Assembly: GCF_009914755.1 (NCBI RefSeq)
Contig: NC_060928.1
Direction: 5' to 3' (one strand)
Length of the DNA stretch: 64,000 nt
DNA from: the human T2T-CHM13v2.0 reference genome, Homo sapiens
Shown here: positions 28,785 through 42,480 of the stretch, one piece after another
How positions within the stretch are numbered: position 1 is the first letter of the stretch
How the letters are laid out: each line of letters opens with the position of its first letter
Made by a program: the position numbers and the translations under genes
Notes under the pieces: generated by a model
Databases searched by the model: none
Told to the model about the DNA's origin: nothing
What the model saw: only the letters and a program-made list of their open reading frames with translations

Positions 28785-31214
28785 TTATGAATGCTCACAA
28801 GTCCTAAAATCCGCATGGTGAGGTGAAAAGTAGGAGACCCAGGAGAGCTGATGATTTAGTTCCAGTCCAAGTCTGAAGGCCTGAGAACTAGGATAACCAA
28901 TGTTTAGTACTCTAGTCTAGAGGCTTGGAGATTTGAGACCAAGAAGAGCCAATATTTCAGTCTGAGTTTGAAGGAAGGGAAAAGCTGATATTCAAAGGCA
29001 GTCAGGCAGGAAGAATTTTCTCTTACCAAAGGGAGGATCAGCCTTTTTGTTCCATTCAGACCTTCAAAAGGTTAGATGAAGCCCTGCCACATTAGGGAAG
29101 GCAATCCTGCTTTACGACCTACCGAGTTGTTAATCTCATCCAAAAACACCCTCACAGAAATATCAAGAATAATGTTTGACCAAGTACCTAGGCACGCTGT
29201 GGCCCAGCCAAGTTGACACATAAAAGTAACCATCACAATCTGAGTCTCACTGTCCTTTTTGTAAAAGGGGGATAATAAGCATATTTCATCAAGGGATTGC
29301 TGTCAGGAGCAAATGAGGTCATACATTCCAGATTCCCGGTGTTCAGTAAAGGCTAGTTTTCCTGAAGCCCCGTTATACTCATAATCCATCCTAGGTCAAG
29401 TCTACACCCTACACAAAAATGTTAATAAGTCCTCTCTACAATTGAAGCAGTCCTGCTCCAGTGAACTTCTTCACATCATTCACATATTGTGTAGCAAGGA
29501 GAGAAGAATAAATTTTACACTTAGGAAGAGTCCTGTTTCACAAACTAATGCACGTGTGTCCATCACCATTTCCTTCCTGGTCTTAGTGTTCCTTGCAAGG
29601 TAAGGCAAATCAGATGGCCAAAGTAGTCACAGTTTCTCCAGCCTAAAGCAGATTGTGAGCAGCCCAACTGCTCTTCCTTGCCTTCACTTCTTTTGTAAAT
29701 CAGATTGCTCAGGCAGGAAAGATGAGATGGCGTTTCACCTGGTCAGCACTGGGGGAGTGCAGCCAGACATCACTTCAAAATCACTCTGTGTTTTCTTCCT
29801 CAATATTCCATTCAGGCCTTCTGTTTGTGTGATTACTGCATTTTCCTTTCAAGTCACACCTTAACTCCCATCCCATGTTTCTTTCCACTGTTACAATTTT
29901 CAGATTATAGTAATTTCTTTCCAGTGTGTTTAATCTTGAGTAAATCAATATGGCTATACTATTTTCCATCAGCCTAATTTTAAGTGAATTGAACGTTATT
30001 TTCATTTGGATGAGAGAGGGTTTGGGTAAGACCACATAGAAAACAACAATACTATATCACATTAGTCTGTATTATTATCTTTAGCCGCACATATGTTTTT
30101 ACATTGACCTTTGCTGGGATCATTTTCGATCCAATTCCTGGTGATCTCACTTTGAGGTCCACAGACTGACACACTTCACCAAAATTGAAAGAAAAGGAAC
30201 CAGTATATCACTAAATATTTGACTTTTCCTAGTATTATTAAAATAATCACACTTCATGGGAAAAATACCTTTGCTCTTATTTAAATGCAAAGTAATTGCA
30301 GATCTTGAATTTAAATCTAGGTCATCTTGACTCTCATAATATATCTAATCCAAGTGTACACATTTCTTCCCTTTGGGTCCTTTTTGGGAAATACGACATA
30401 TACGGCTAAGGTTAACAACTGTTGTCAGAAAAGCAGCTCTTAATGAGAAAGTTTGGTGTTTCAGAAGACTCCTGGAATGCAACTTCCTGTTCTTATGATA
30501 TTTGAAAAATATACATAAAGGCTGAAAATAATTTTGACTAAAAATCAAAACAAAAATAGTCTCTTGGAAATAGTCATCTTCTGGCTGAATTAAATGGCCT
30601 TGCTCCTGCAGCACATGTTGTCTGCCTTTTGTGAAATCTCTGGCTGCATGGTAAGGTGCTTTGCACCAGGTTCCTGGCCTTATGACTAAGCGGTGGCAGT
30701 TGTGGAGGGGTGAAGTTTGGGGCATTCACTATGTCCCATCTTCTCTCTCAGTTACTCTCTGAACAGGTGGTTCCCACTAATAAGACTTTGCTTCCAGCAA
30801 AATTGCTGAAAAAGACTTGAATCCCTACATGCATTCGTGTATTTATACACTTCATTCCAAAAGAAAAGGGCCATATGATGTTTGCGTGTACGATTCTTGG
30901 CTCATTCCAGGTTGCACACAGGTTCAGAAAGTGAACCTAACTATTGTAAGTGCAAAGGTCAAGTGTTAATGACCCTGCTTAGCAACTCCTGAATAATGAA
31001 ATTGGTGTTCAGGAGGAAAAAAGGGTCTGGACCAGGTGAAATGCTGAGTAACGGAGGGTGCATAAAGGAAGAACGTTTAACACCATGCACAGACATTCCC
31101 CTTGTTTATAATCTGGGGAGAGGCTTGCCCTGCCTGTTGGCATTCATCCTGAGGACAGATACTCTGTGAGGAATCTATCTACTTAAGATCGACCAATTTT
31201 CTAACCTTACAGAT

Positions 31215-31226
31215 ACACACACACAT

Positions 31227-31268
<42 letters not shown>

Positions 31269-31285
31269 AGAGAGAGAGAGAGAGA
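31215..31285. repeat. Compound (CA)n(GA)n microsatellite
   Basis: Seen directly in the sequence. Confidence 0.95.
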
Positions 31286-31548
31286 CTTCCTGTGCTGCCC
31301 CATCCCTTGGTGCTTTAATTCATCGCTGGCTGCTTCTCCCCAAAGCACCAACCTACAGGTTCCTGCTCCTGAAAGTATTTCCCGGCCTGGTTATGGCTTC
31401 CTTATTTTAACTGATCATTCAGAACCCATTACCTTCCACAGTCTGCCTGTATTTTGCTCAGTGAAATTCACATGGCAGGTTGCAAAATCCTACTCTATTT
31501 GTAAGACAGAAGAAAATTGGATATCAAAAGGATACATTAGGTAACAGT

Positions 31549-31610
31549 GCCTTCTGGCCTCAATGGTTCACTCAAGTGGCCTTCTGGCCTGGACAGTTCA
31601 CTCAAGTGGC
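31549..31610. repeat. 30-bp tandem duplication
   Basis: GCCTTCTGGCCT-nnnnn-GTTCACTCAAGTG, two copies. Confidence 0.9.
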
Positions 31611-31619
31611 TAACTGTAA

Positions 31620-31950
31620 CTAGCTCATTCATTCACCTATCAAGTAATTGTTGTCTACTATGTGCCAGGCCTTGCTCTAGCCATGGGAATACAATAATGA
31701 ACCAAGTAGTCATAGTCCATGCTGTCGTGAAGATTATAGTTTCCTAGGGGATACTCTAAAACAGATAAACAGAGAAAGGAAACAAGGGGATTTCAGATGT
31801 TATCACGATTATCACTATGCATGAAATCAAACAAATCAATGTACTAAGAAGGGAGTGGGGATTACTTTAGATTGGATGGCCAGGGAAAGATTAGCCACAG
31901 TATTGACAGGTGGACTGAGATTGAGTGTAAGAGGGGTCTAGCCATGTATA
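31620..31950 (-). mobile_element. L2 fragment
   Basis: CATTCATTCA...CTACTATGTGCCAGGC...GGGAATACAATAATGAA. Confidence 0.75.
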
Positions 31951-32859
31951 GTGTATGCTCGCTGTAAAGCAAGCAGACATGGAAAGGAGACAGATGTTCC
32001 TTTAGCAAAATAATGTCATGTTTTTTTCTCTCTCAAGAAGTAGAGCCAAAATCATGTTAGTAAAAAGAACATTCTTGCTTTGTGTGAGATCCAACTGTGA
32101 CGTATTTATAACAGTTAGTATGTGCCGAGGCATGGTGAGTTAGCCCTTAAGGAACTGAGGAGGATTCGAGCCACAGCCTTTGCTGGTGCAGGCTAGAGTG
32201 GAACTGGATCACACATGTCTTCCCCTGAGTCACTGAGCTGGAATCCACTATTCCCCGTAGGAGCCAGCAGCAACTTGGGCAGCAGGAAATCTCCATTCAT
32301 ATCTGGCTGAAGTTAGAGGCATCAGAATTTGACAGATGCAAGAAGGGTCAGAGGGCCAGGATGACTTGCTTATGTGAGAAGGGGTGGACTGTCCCAAAGG
32401 ACAACGACGAGGAAGTGAAGACAGTCTCAAAAAAATCTCAAAAAAAGACTATGTGGGCAAGGTCGCCCAATAGCAGGACTACTTAAACCCCATCAGAGCC
32501 AGTGAGCCTTCTTTCTGGATAAGACGGAGGTGCATGGGGGAAGGAACTCACTTTTTGGAGCACTAAGTGAGCTGGAGCTTGAGGTGGGGTTTATGGACAC
32601 AGCCCTCTGCCTGACCCCCAGCCAGTGAAGAGAACTACACATTAGGAGAAGAGCCCCTAGGGAAGCAGTAAGTTCCTTGACTCTATGGGAAGGGACAGGA
32701 AGGAGGGTCTATACCTTACAGGGGCCCTTGCTCCCTGCTGCTCTAGCAGCTCTGGCTAGGGCTCTGGTTTTCTGTGGTGAGGCTGCCATTCAGCATTCAA
32801 AGTAGCAGAAAGGAGACTGAAAGGTACTCAGAAACTTGAGTGTGCCTGACATGGCAAAC

Positions 32860-33090
32860 CCAAATGTTGTTAAGAGCATGAGCTCTGGGTCAGCCTCCTT
32901 TGATGGACATGCTTGCACTGCCTTTAATGAGCTGTTAGACTTTTACTGTAAAGTACTTTTTGAGCCTTGGTTTCCTCAGCTGTTACTGGGATGATGACGG
33001 CACCTGTCCCCCAGGGTTGTTGTGATGATTAAATAAGATGGGGCAAGGTGAGGTACCTGACACAGAGAAGGAGCTCAGTAGACATCACTT
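32860..33090 (+). mobile_element. MIR
   Basis: GTTAAGAGCATGAGCTCTGG...GGTTTCCTCAGCTG...AGGGTTGTTGTGATGATTAAATAAG. Confidence 0.78.
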
Positions 33091-33181
33091 CCTGTTCACT
33101 TAGGAAGAGAGAATTCTTACCATTTCCAAAACGTAGATTTTATTTTGCATCACACTGCCGGAGACATTAACAGACCTCCTG

Positions 33182-33370
33182 AGATTGATGGACAGATCAA
33201 ATACAGGACATCCAGTTAAACTTGAATTTCAAATAAACAGTGAATACTTTTAAAATATAAGTATGTCCCAAATATTGCATAAGATATACTTATGTTAAAA
33301 ACATATTTATTATTTATCTGAAATTCAAATTTAACTAGGCGTCATGTGTTTTTTAGTTGCTAAATTGACC
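33182..33370 (+). mobile_element. MER53 palindromic MITE
   Basis: AAATACAGGACATCCAGTTAAACTTGAATTTC...ATAAGTATGTCCCAAATATTGCAT...GAAATTCAAATTTAACTAGGCGTC. Confidence 0.88.
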
Positions 33371-33674
33371 GGAGACACAATTCATTTCACACAGGCTCTG
33401 CAGCAGCTATCCCCAAGCTGGATTCATTAACATCATTCTTCTGTGCCTCAGTAGGACTTAGGCTAGTGCTGTTCAGCTTGTAAGGCAGACAATCAGTGTC
33501 CCCAGAACCAAAGAGTTGGCCCTTTGTATAGGCCCTTCCTTGAGACATACCTTCTTTCCCCTAGAACCTTCCTCTTCACCAACATCACCAACCTTGTCAG
33601 TGGGTATCCCTCGCCTAATCCTGCTGCTATAAACAAATATTTTCCAAGTGTATTCCTCCCTCACCATCCTGTCT

Positions 33675-33735
33675 CTTCCTTCCTTCCTTCATTCCTTCCC
33701 TCCCTCCCTCCTTCCTTCTTTCCTTCATTCTTTAT
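33675..33735. repeat. (TTCC/TCCC)n polypyrimidine repeat
   Basis: Seen directly in the sequence. Confidence 0.85.
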
Positions 33736-34029
33736 TCTTACTATTTCACAAGTGGTTTCTTTGCTGTCCCTGAAGTCACCAGTTACCTAGTGCTTTTTTC
33801 TCTGCAGCTGAAAAGTGCATTTCAAACTTTCTCCACATTTCACCTGCATGCCTAAAGCATGCATTGCAGTCAGAATACGCAGCACCTGTCTATAGAAAGT
33901 GCATTGCTCTTTAATGGATAGCCTTGCCCAACACTGCTCAATGTGCTGTGGTTTCCAGGTGAAGATTAGTAAAGGGCCTGGAAGAGTTAAGCAATGTTCA
34001 CCTTTATCTCATTGAAAGTTCACTTCAGA

Positions 34030-34677
<648 letters not shown>

Positions 34678-36937
34678 GTCCTCTTACTAGTCCTTCCTTT
34701 GCAGGTAGGAATAATAAGCCTCAGGTAAGTAAGAAAATTGCCCAAGAATTGTCACAACTGTAAGAGCCAGAGGTGGAGTTCAAACAGGGATTCAGACTGT
34801 AAAAATCATGCCCTAACCTCTGGGTTATTCCAACCTGGCCCCATCAGAACAGCGAAGGAGCCCTTTCTTGTACCCTTACATTTTTGCACTGCACTATTTC
34901 ATCAAGATCTGTGTTAAATTTCATTTCTATTACTTTTGTTTACATTCTCTCTCCTAAATTACTTTAATCTCTAAATCCCTGTTATTACATTTCTTCCTGT
35001 TACAACCCTGGCTTTTCTAAATATGTCTAATATCAAGTCATGATTAAGGTCCTAACCCTAGCTTACATGCCCAAATCCTGAAAGCATCAAAGCAAAGCTG
35101 CCCAAGGCAGAAGGACAAAAAAAAAATGGAAATGTTATACTAGCATTTCAGCAATATGTTTGGAGCCCCCACAAAGAGTCAAATGCTGTGCAGTGCATAC
35201 AAAGATATCCCCCTGTTCTCTAGATGGGGTCTGCTGATGTCACTTTTTTGAAAAGGGATGTTGTGTTCTCACTGTGAATTTATCCAGAGATCACTGCTGT
35301 TGAGTTACTGCTGTTGCAGATGGCTCCTGCCTAGTAGCATTCTGTGGGCATTTTAAGTCCAGAGGGAAAGTAGGTTTTTCTCCACAATACTTTAGGCATT
35401 TTCACAGTGACAGCTTTAAGAGTGTTCTTAGGAAAAGGTCACTGGTTATCATGTCTTTTGTCGGCAAGTATGTAGGAAAGAATAAGCCTTGAAGTTCTTT
35501 TCAAAGGTCGTTCAACTCTGGACCTGGCTAATGTCCCCACAGCTGTAGGCCTTGGGCCAAGGACTTCCAGAGCACTGGCAGGCCATCTGCAATGCCCTCG
35601 TTAAAGGAGTGGGCCCCAGCTGTTGTGGGAAGCCATGGGAGAGACTGGGGAGAAGCCAATCTCATGGGCAAAATGATCTGCCTTCTCTTGGATCACAGTA
35701 CCCAAGGATATTTGTTAACTACCTCGAACCTACTCAACCTTCTCTGTGTTGTATGAGCAAAATTGTACTTGGATGCTTATGGGAAATGAGTCACCATATT
35801 CATTCATTCTTCCTGACTTCCAGCAATTCATTTCATTTTATAAATCCTTATTGACTGCCTACTATAGACAAGCACTGTACTAGGAACATGGGATACACAT
35901 GATGAATGTAGTACTGTGATTTCAGCTCACTGTGGAAAACAAACAAAAACAAGCAGTTCATTATAATTAGAAGCATATTTACTATGAAGTTAATGAAACA
36001 TAAGCTGTGAGGTCTCTCACTTGCCTTTCAAGGCCCCTAGGGGATGTGCATATGGAAAGAAGCTGGGGAGCAGGCTAGCAATTTATCCATAAGCTCACAT
36101 GTTTTTGTAAAGTTTGAGAAATGCAATATTTTTTTCTTTTTCTTTTTTCTAAGAGGAACCATAGTTTACAAAGCAATACATATTTGCATTATCTTTCTTA
36201 AAGAAAATTCTGGCAAATATATAACCTTCATTCTGCTTACAATGCAAGGAGCCATGCATAGATTACCACCTACCAACAGGAGCAAAAACTTCATTCTGGC
36301 CCTTTGTGGAAAGGTAAATGTGAGACATGTCAGGCACTTGTTGTAAACAAACCTGTTCTCATTTGCCTAGTTTCTTGCACAACTGCTCTAGGTTTTCTTA
36401 TATGCAAATAAAAGTTGATAACACTCAGCTGGGGTGGCAGAGGAACCTCTCTATCATTCAAAAGTAGAATTCAAAAGTAAACATGAGAGCAACACATTGT
36501 TCACTGAAAATCTACCAGTTTAGCTTCCCTGCCTTCCTTGCCACAGAGAGAAAGAAGGGAGGGAAAAAAGAATGATTTGCAAAGCAGCATTAATATTATT
36601 CTGAGGCCAGGTGAATTGGGATGTGGGTGAGATCTTGAGATGAAAGTTCAGCTGCAAGAAAATGAAAAAGCAGCCATAATCTCAGGACCCACTGAGGAGG
36701 CAGGGCTGGCTACAGGGTAATGGGCTGGAGGGAAATGATGGGAGATTACAGCAAAACCACCAGGCTGGCTAGCAGCAACCAACCACAATGGCAAGGATGT
36801 AGATGTTATCATCAACTCCACAGCAGAGAAGCCAGCTGTGTTCTGGACATTTTAGGTTGGTGATTTTGAGCCCAATTTCATTACTAGAAACACCATCATC
36901 TCTGCAAGAGAAAAACATGACAATAGGCAATAAGCAG

Positions 36938-37320
36938 TGTTAGGGGCTGAATTATGACCCCCAAAATTCATATGTTGAAGCCCTAACCCTCAGGACCTCA
37001 GAATGAAACTGCATCTGGACATAGGGTCTTTATAGAGGTCACGTGATTGAAATGAGGTCATTAGGACACACTCCAATCCAGTATCCAGCGTTCTTATTAG
37101 AAGAGGAGATTAGGACATTAACACACAGAAGGAAGACCATGTGAAGGCACAGATCGACTATGGCTACCTGAAAGTCAAGGAAAAAGGCCTGAGGAAAAAC
37201 CAACATGGCTGGCACCCTGCTCTTGGACTTCTCAGCCTCCAGAACTGTGAGAAAACGCATACCTGTTTTTTAGGCCACCCAGTCTGTATTTGTGATGGTA
37301 GCCCTAGCAAACAAATAACA
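36938..37320 (+). mobile_element. MaLR solo LTR (MLT1B-like)
   Basis: TGTTAGGGGCTGAATT...CCCCAAAATTCATATGTTGAAGCCCTAACC...CCTCCAGAACTGTGAGA...GCCCTAGCAAAC. Confidence 0.85.
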
Positions 37321-37560
37321 GCAGTTACTGACTTCTGCATTTAGTCTGTCCATCCAGTGACAATGGAGCTCCAATTCAAGAGTAGCCCCCAAGAAAAGAA
37401 ATCCTGGATGATCCTGAACAAGTGAGGCACTTGCCACTTTTCCTGGTACTTCTACTCTGTGTGCACATTGGACTTTGCAGTTTTGCCTTAATATGGCAAA
37501 ACTCCACAATTTACCAATATGAATTTTGTGAGACTGAAACCAGTCAGAGGAAAAACTTCA

Positions 37561-38028
<468 letters not shown>

Positions 38029-38400
38029 TTATCATAGAAAATTTAGAAAACAGAAAAAATAGGAGGAAGCAAAGCAAATAATGCACAGTTCCACCAGCCA
38101 CATATGACCATAGTTCACAGTTGGGCATGTGTCCTTTGTGGAGAGTGGGAGGAGAAGGATAGGAAAAAAATATGACTTAACAATCCCAATATCAAATAAA
38201 AGAAACTTTAGCATTTTGTTGTTATTCCTCATGGCTTTTTTCCCTTTTGCTTCTTATACAAGGTTGTGATCACACAAAATATACTGATCTGGAAGCAGAA
38301 TTAATGTTCTGAAAATCCATAAGGGGAAAGAATCAAGCATTTACATTGCCTTTCCTATATAAACTGTATTTTAAGAGAAATAGCTGATGAAGGAAAGTTC

Positions 38401-38825
<425 letters not shown>

Positions 38826-38949
38826 TGATCCGCAGGCAGGATGGCCTGCATGCAGGTGGACTACTCAGACAAATACTTTGAGGAGCACTATGAGTACTGG
38901 CACACCACACTACCCAAACAAACTTTGTTAAAGTTTGTATGTGGCATTT

Positions 38950-40292
38950 AAAACAAAAAGGTAGAAATGCAAGCCATAGACTGTAGACTGAAAGAAATTA
39001 TTTGTAAAACATATGTTTGATAAAGGACTAGTATTTAAAATATATAAAGAGCTCTTACAACACAATAATAAGACAATTTAAAATGGGCAAAGATTTGAAC
39101 AGATGCTTCACTAAAGAAGATATGTATCATATATCCATAGCAAATAAATACATAAAAATGCTCAACATCATTACTCATTAGGGAAATGAAATTTAAAATC
39201 ACAACAAGATACCTCTACACATCCATGAGAATGACTAAAATTTATTTTTGTTTTTTGTTTGTTTGTTTTTGTTTTTTTGAGATGGACTCTCACTCTGTCG
39301 CCCAGGCTGGAATGTAGTGGCCTGATCTTGGCTCACTGTAACCTCTGCTTCCCGGGCTCAAGCAATTCTCCTACCTTTTTTTTTTTTTTTTTTTTTTTTT
39401 CATATTTTTAGTAGAGATGGAGTTTCACCATGTTGGCCAGGCTGGTCTTAAACTCCTGACCTCAAGTGATCCTCCCACCTCCTCAGCCTCCCATAGTGCT
39501 GGGATTACAGGCATGTGCCACCACCCCTGGCCAGAATGACTAAAACTTAAAAGATGAAAAATAATGAATGCTAGCAAAGATGGGAAGCGATAAGAACTTT
39601 CATACTGCTGTTCAGAATGCAAAATAGTACAGCCACTTTATGAAGTAAATTGTCATTTTCTTGTAGAGTAAAACATATGTTTACCAAATGACCCAGAAGT
39701 TCCTCTCCTAGGTATTTACCCAAGAGAAATGAAAACATGTGTCACAGAGAGATTTTTATGCAAATGATTGTGGCACTTTATTCCTAATAGTTCAAACTGA
39801 AAATAACCTAAGTGTCAATCATTGGATGAATAAAAAATAAATTGTAATATAGCCATACAACAAATACTACTCAGCAATAAAAATGAATAAAACTACTGAT
39901 ACATAGAACATGGGTGAATGTCAAAAGCATTATGCTAAGTGAAAGAAGCCAGACACAAAAGGCTACACCTGTGATGACGTGTATATGAAATTCTACAAGA
40001 CGAAAACCATAGTGACATAAAGCAGGTCAGTGGTTGTTAGGGACCAAAAATGAGGGAAAGGGGATTGTTGACTGCAAAGAGATATGAGGAGAATATTTTC
40101 AATGCTAGAGCTAGTCTATAACTGGGTCGTGGTGCTGTACATGTATATATGTTTGTGACGATACCACATATACTATGGTGCTTATATACACATGTGATGT
40201 TATATACTGTATATATTTGCCAAAACTCATTGAATGGTACACTTGAAAAGGGTGAAATTTATTTTATGCATATTACACTTTAGTAAAGCTGA
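38950..40292 (+). mobile_element. L1MB-like 3' end
   Basis: AAATGGGCAAAGATTTGAACAGA, CTAGGTATTTACCCAAGAGAAATGAAAAC, GCATTATGCTAAGTGAAAGAAGCCAGACAC. Confidence 0.88.
39245..39532 (-). mobile_element. Alu with an internal deletion and expanded linker
   Basis: TSD AGAATGACTAAAA at 39228 and 39533; the start of the right arm is replaced by a T tract. Confidence 0.9.
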
Positions 40293-40379
40293 TCGGACAG
40301 GCTGCTCTGAGAAGTCATAATAAATGGGGGGAAAATGGGGATAGCAGAGGCAAAAATATTTAACTGCTTTCAGTATTCA

Positions 40380-42480
40380 TATTTAGTAGTGGTAAAGTTC
40401 CTATAGCTATTCTAAAATGGTTTGGTGTGTAAGGTGGGGTCAAACCAGTGAGTAACTGTGGATTATTCTTACCCAACTTCCCCTGTTTCCTTGAAAACCG
40501 ACACAAGATTATCAGTACAGAATATATAGATGCAATAGAGAAGAGGTTAAGTAAAACCTCAAGTCCTAAATTGATAGATATATCAGTATGAACAGATAAA
40601 GTACTTTATTTGTCAACTAAAATGCTATGGAAACAACAACCCAGTTTTGAAGAACACCCCAACACCCAATCTCTCATCCTGAAATTCCATTTCCCATGAA
40701 TAGAAGCCAGGATTTCTTGGAGAAATGTTGGTACTAGGCCTGGGGTGGGAAAGGTATGAGATAAACCTGGAGCATCTTGTCACACCTGACAGTGAATAAG
40801 CTATCAAAGACTTCTGGGGTCATGTCAACTCTATTCAGAAACCAATTTAAAGAGGCTCCCACTGGCCTAGGAAGGGAGAAGTGGGCTTCAAAATGATAAG
40901 AATTACATTGGATTAAAAGCACACAGATATATTTAAATGCATGTTTATAATGATGTTTAAATTAAAAAAAAATGTTCACCTGAAGATGACAGGGATCTGA
41001 TTTATTGCATTGAAAAATGGTAAATAAAAAGAAAAAATAAGCATTTTTCTTGCCTTTCTGATATGAACTCATTTGGCAACCAAAAAGCAGATGAGAAAAG
41101 TCTCTTTACAAAATTGTTCCAGCTAATAAATGAAAACAAAATGATAGGACTAGAATATCACCATTCATCTACTCAAAAAATTCATTGGATTGAGGTATTT
41201 GCCATCAACAGCAGCTAACATCAAAATAAACAGCAAAAATGAGACATTTTCTGTCTCCTGATGAAAGAACACACCCCCATTCTTTATAGTTTTGCCAGAG
41301 GGTTCAAATTCAAGTCTGCTCAAATCTCTGGAACCAACTGTCAAGTGTTAGGAAATACAGGGGAGAGAAGAACAGGCTGAGCTGCACCATGGGCATGCAA
41401 TCAGCAATGCCAGACCATGGGAAACTCTGGGAAATATGCCAGACAGCCCAGGTTCTTTCACAGATACATTATAAGGAAAAGAAAGTAATGGAAAGGAAGC
41501 CTGGAGATTAAAAAAGACTTAGTGACATTTCAGGTTTAAAAAAAAACTAGGAAGACTAAACTTTGGTGTCTTGGTTAATGAAATTGTAAAGAAACACGAG
41601 GAAGTAATTACTACAAAAATCAGGCTAGTGATTATGTTTAGAGTGCATTATAGGCTGCTGAACCTTTTCTCCCCAAATTCATGTGATGAAGTTCTCACCC
41701 CCAGTAGCTCAGGATGTATTTGGAGATAGGGTTTTTAAAGAGGTCATTAAGGTTAAATGAAGTAGTACTGACCACCTCATGGGATGTGGGATGACCACGT
41801 CAGGACACAGCCAGAAGAGAGTCATCTACAAATCAAGGAGAAAGGCTTCAGGAGAAACCAAACCTGCTGATTTCTTATCAGGGACTTGTGGCCTCCAGAA
41901 CTGTGAGAAAGACATTTCTGTTGTTTAAGCCTCCCAGTCCGTGGTATTTTGTTACAGCAGCCCTAGCAAATTAACTCAGAGGGAGATGGGGGTTCTGATT
42001 GGATGGGACACATATAGGGCATATTGGGGTGGCTAACAATGTTTGGTTTCTTGTTGTAGGTGGTGGTTACAAGGGTGTTTGCCTTATAATAATTCCTAAT
42101 CTGTACATTGCTTTGCGTGTTTTTCTGTGTCTGTGTTTTATTTTACAATGAAAGGGCTGAAAACAAGAATGGAAACAACCATTAGTTGGAAGCAAAGATT
42201 ATCCAGGCCACAGAGTTGTGTGACTTGGATTAGGGTGGTGGTAGAGGGTTTGCAGAGAAGTGGGTAGATTCCTGACATGTTTTCTAGATAGGAGGATGTG
42301 AAAGAGGGAGGGGACAAAGTAGCTGCCATTGGGGATGGGAGTGGGGGAGTGGGTGAGGATTTAGAGGAAACCAGATTGCTAGTAAGTTGAAAACTGTTAA
42401 AGCCAGGTGATGGGGATATGGGAGCTTATTATACTATTCTATTTTTATATGTGTTGAAAATTTTTCATGTTAAAAAAATA
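40380..42480 (+). mobile_element. L1MC-like long 3'UTR fragments
   Basis: ATATCAGTATGAAC, CTAGAATATCACCATT, CCTGATGAAAGAACAC, GGTGGTTACAAGGGTGTTTGCCTTATAAT. Confidence 0.65.
41645..41980 (+). mobile_element. MaLR solo LTR (MLT1A/B-like)
   Basis: CCCCAAATTCATGTG...GTATTTGGAGATAGGG...CCTCCAGAACTGTGAGA...GCAGCCCTAGCAAA. Confidence 0.82.

Noticed and set aside
29740-29765. CTCF-like CAGCACTGGGGGAGTG
   Set aside because: Lacks the core CC..AG positions of the CTCF consensus
31549-31610. CRISPR-like repeat-spacer appearance
   Set aside because: Only two adjacent units, no spacers, no cas genes, and a human context
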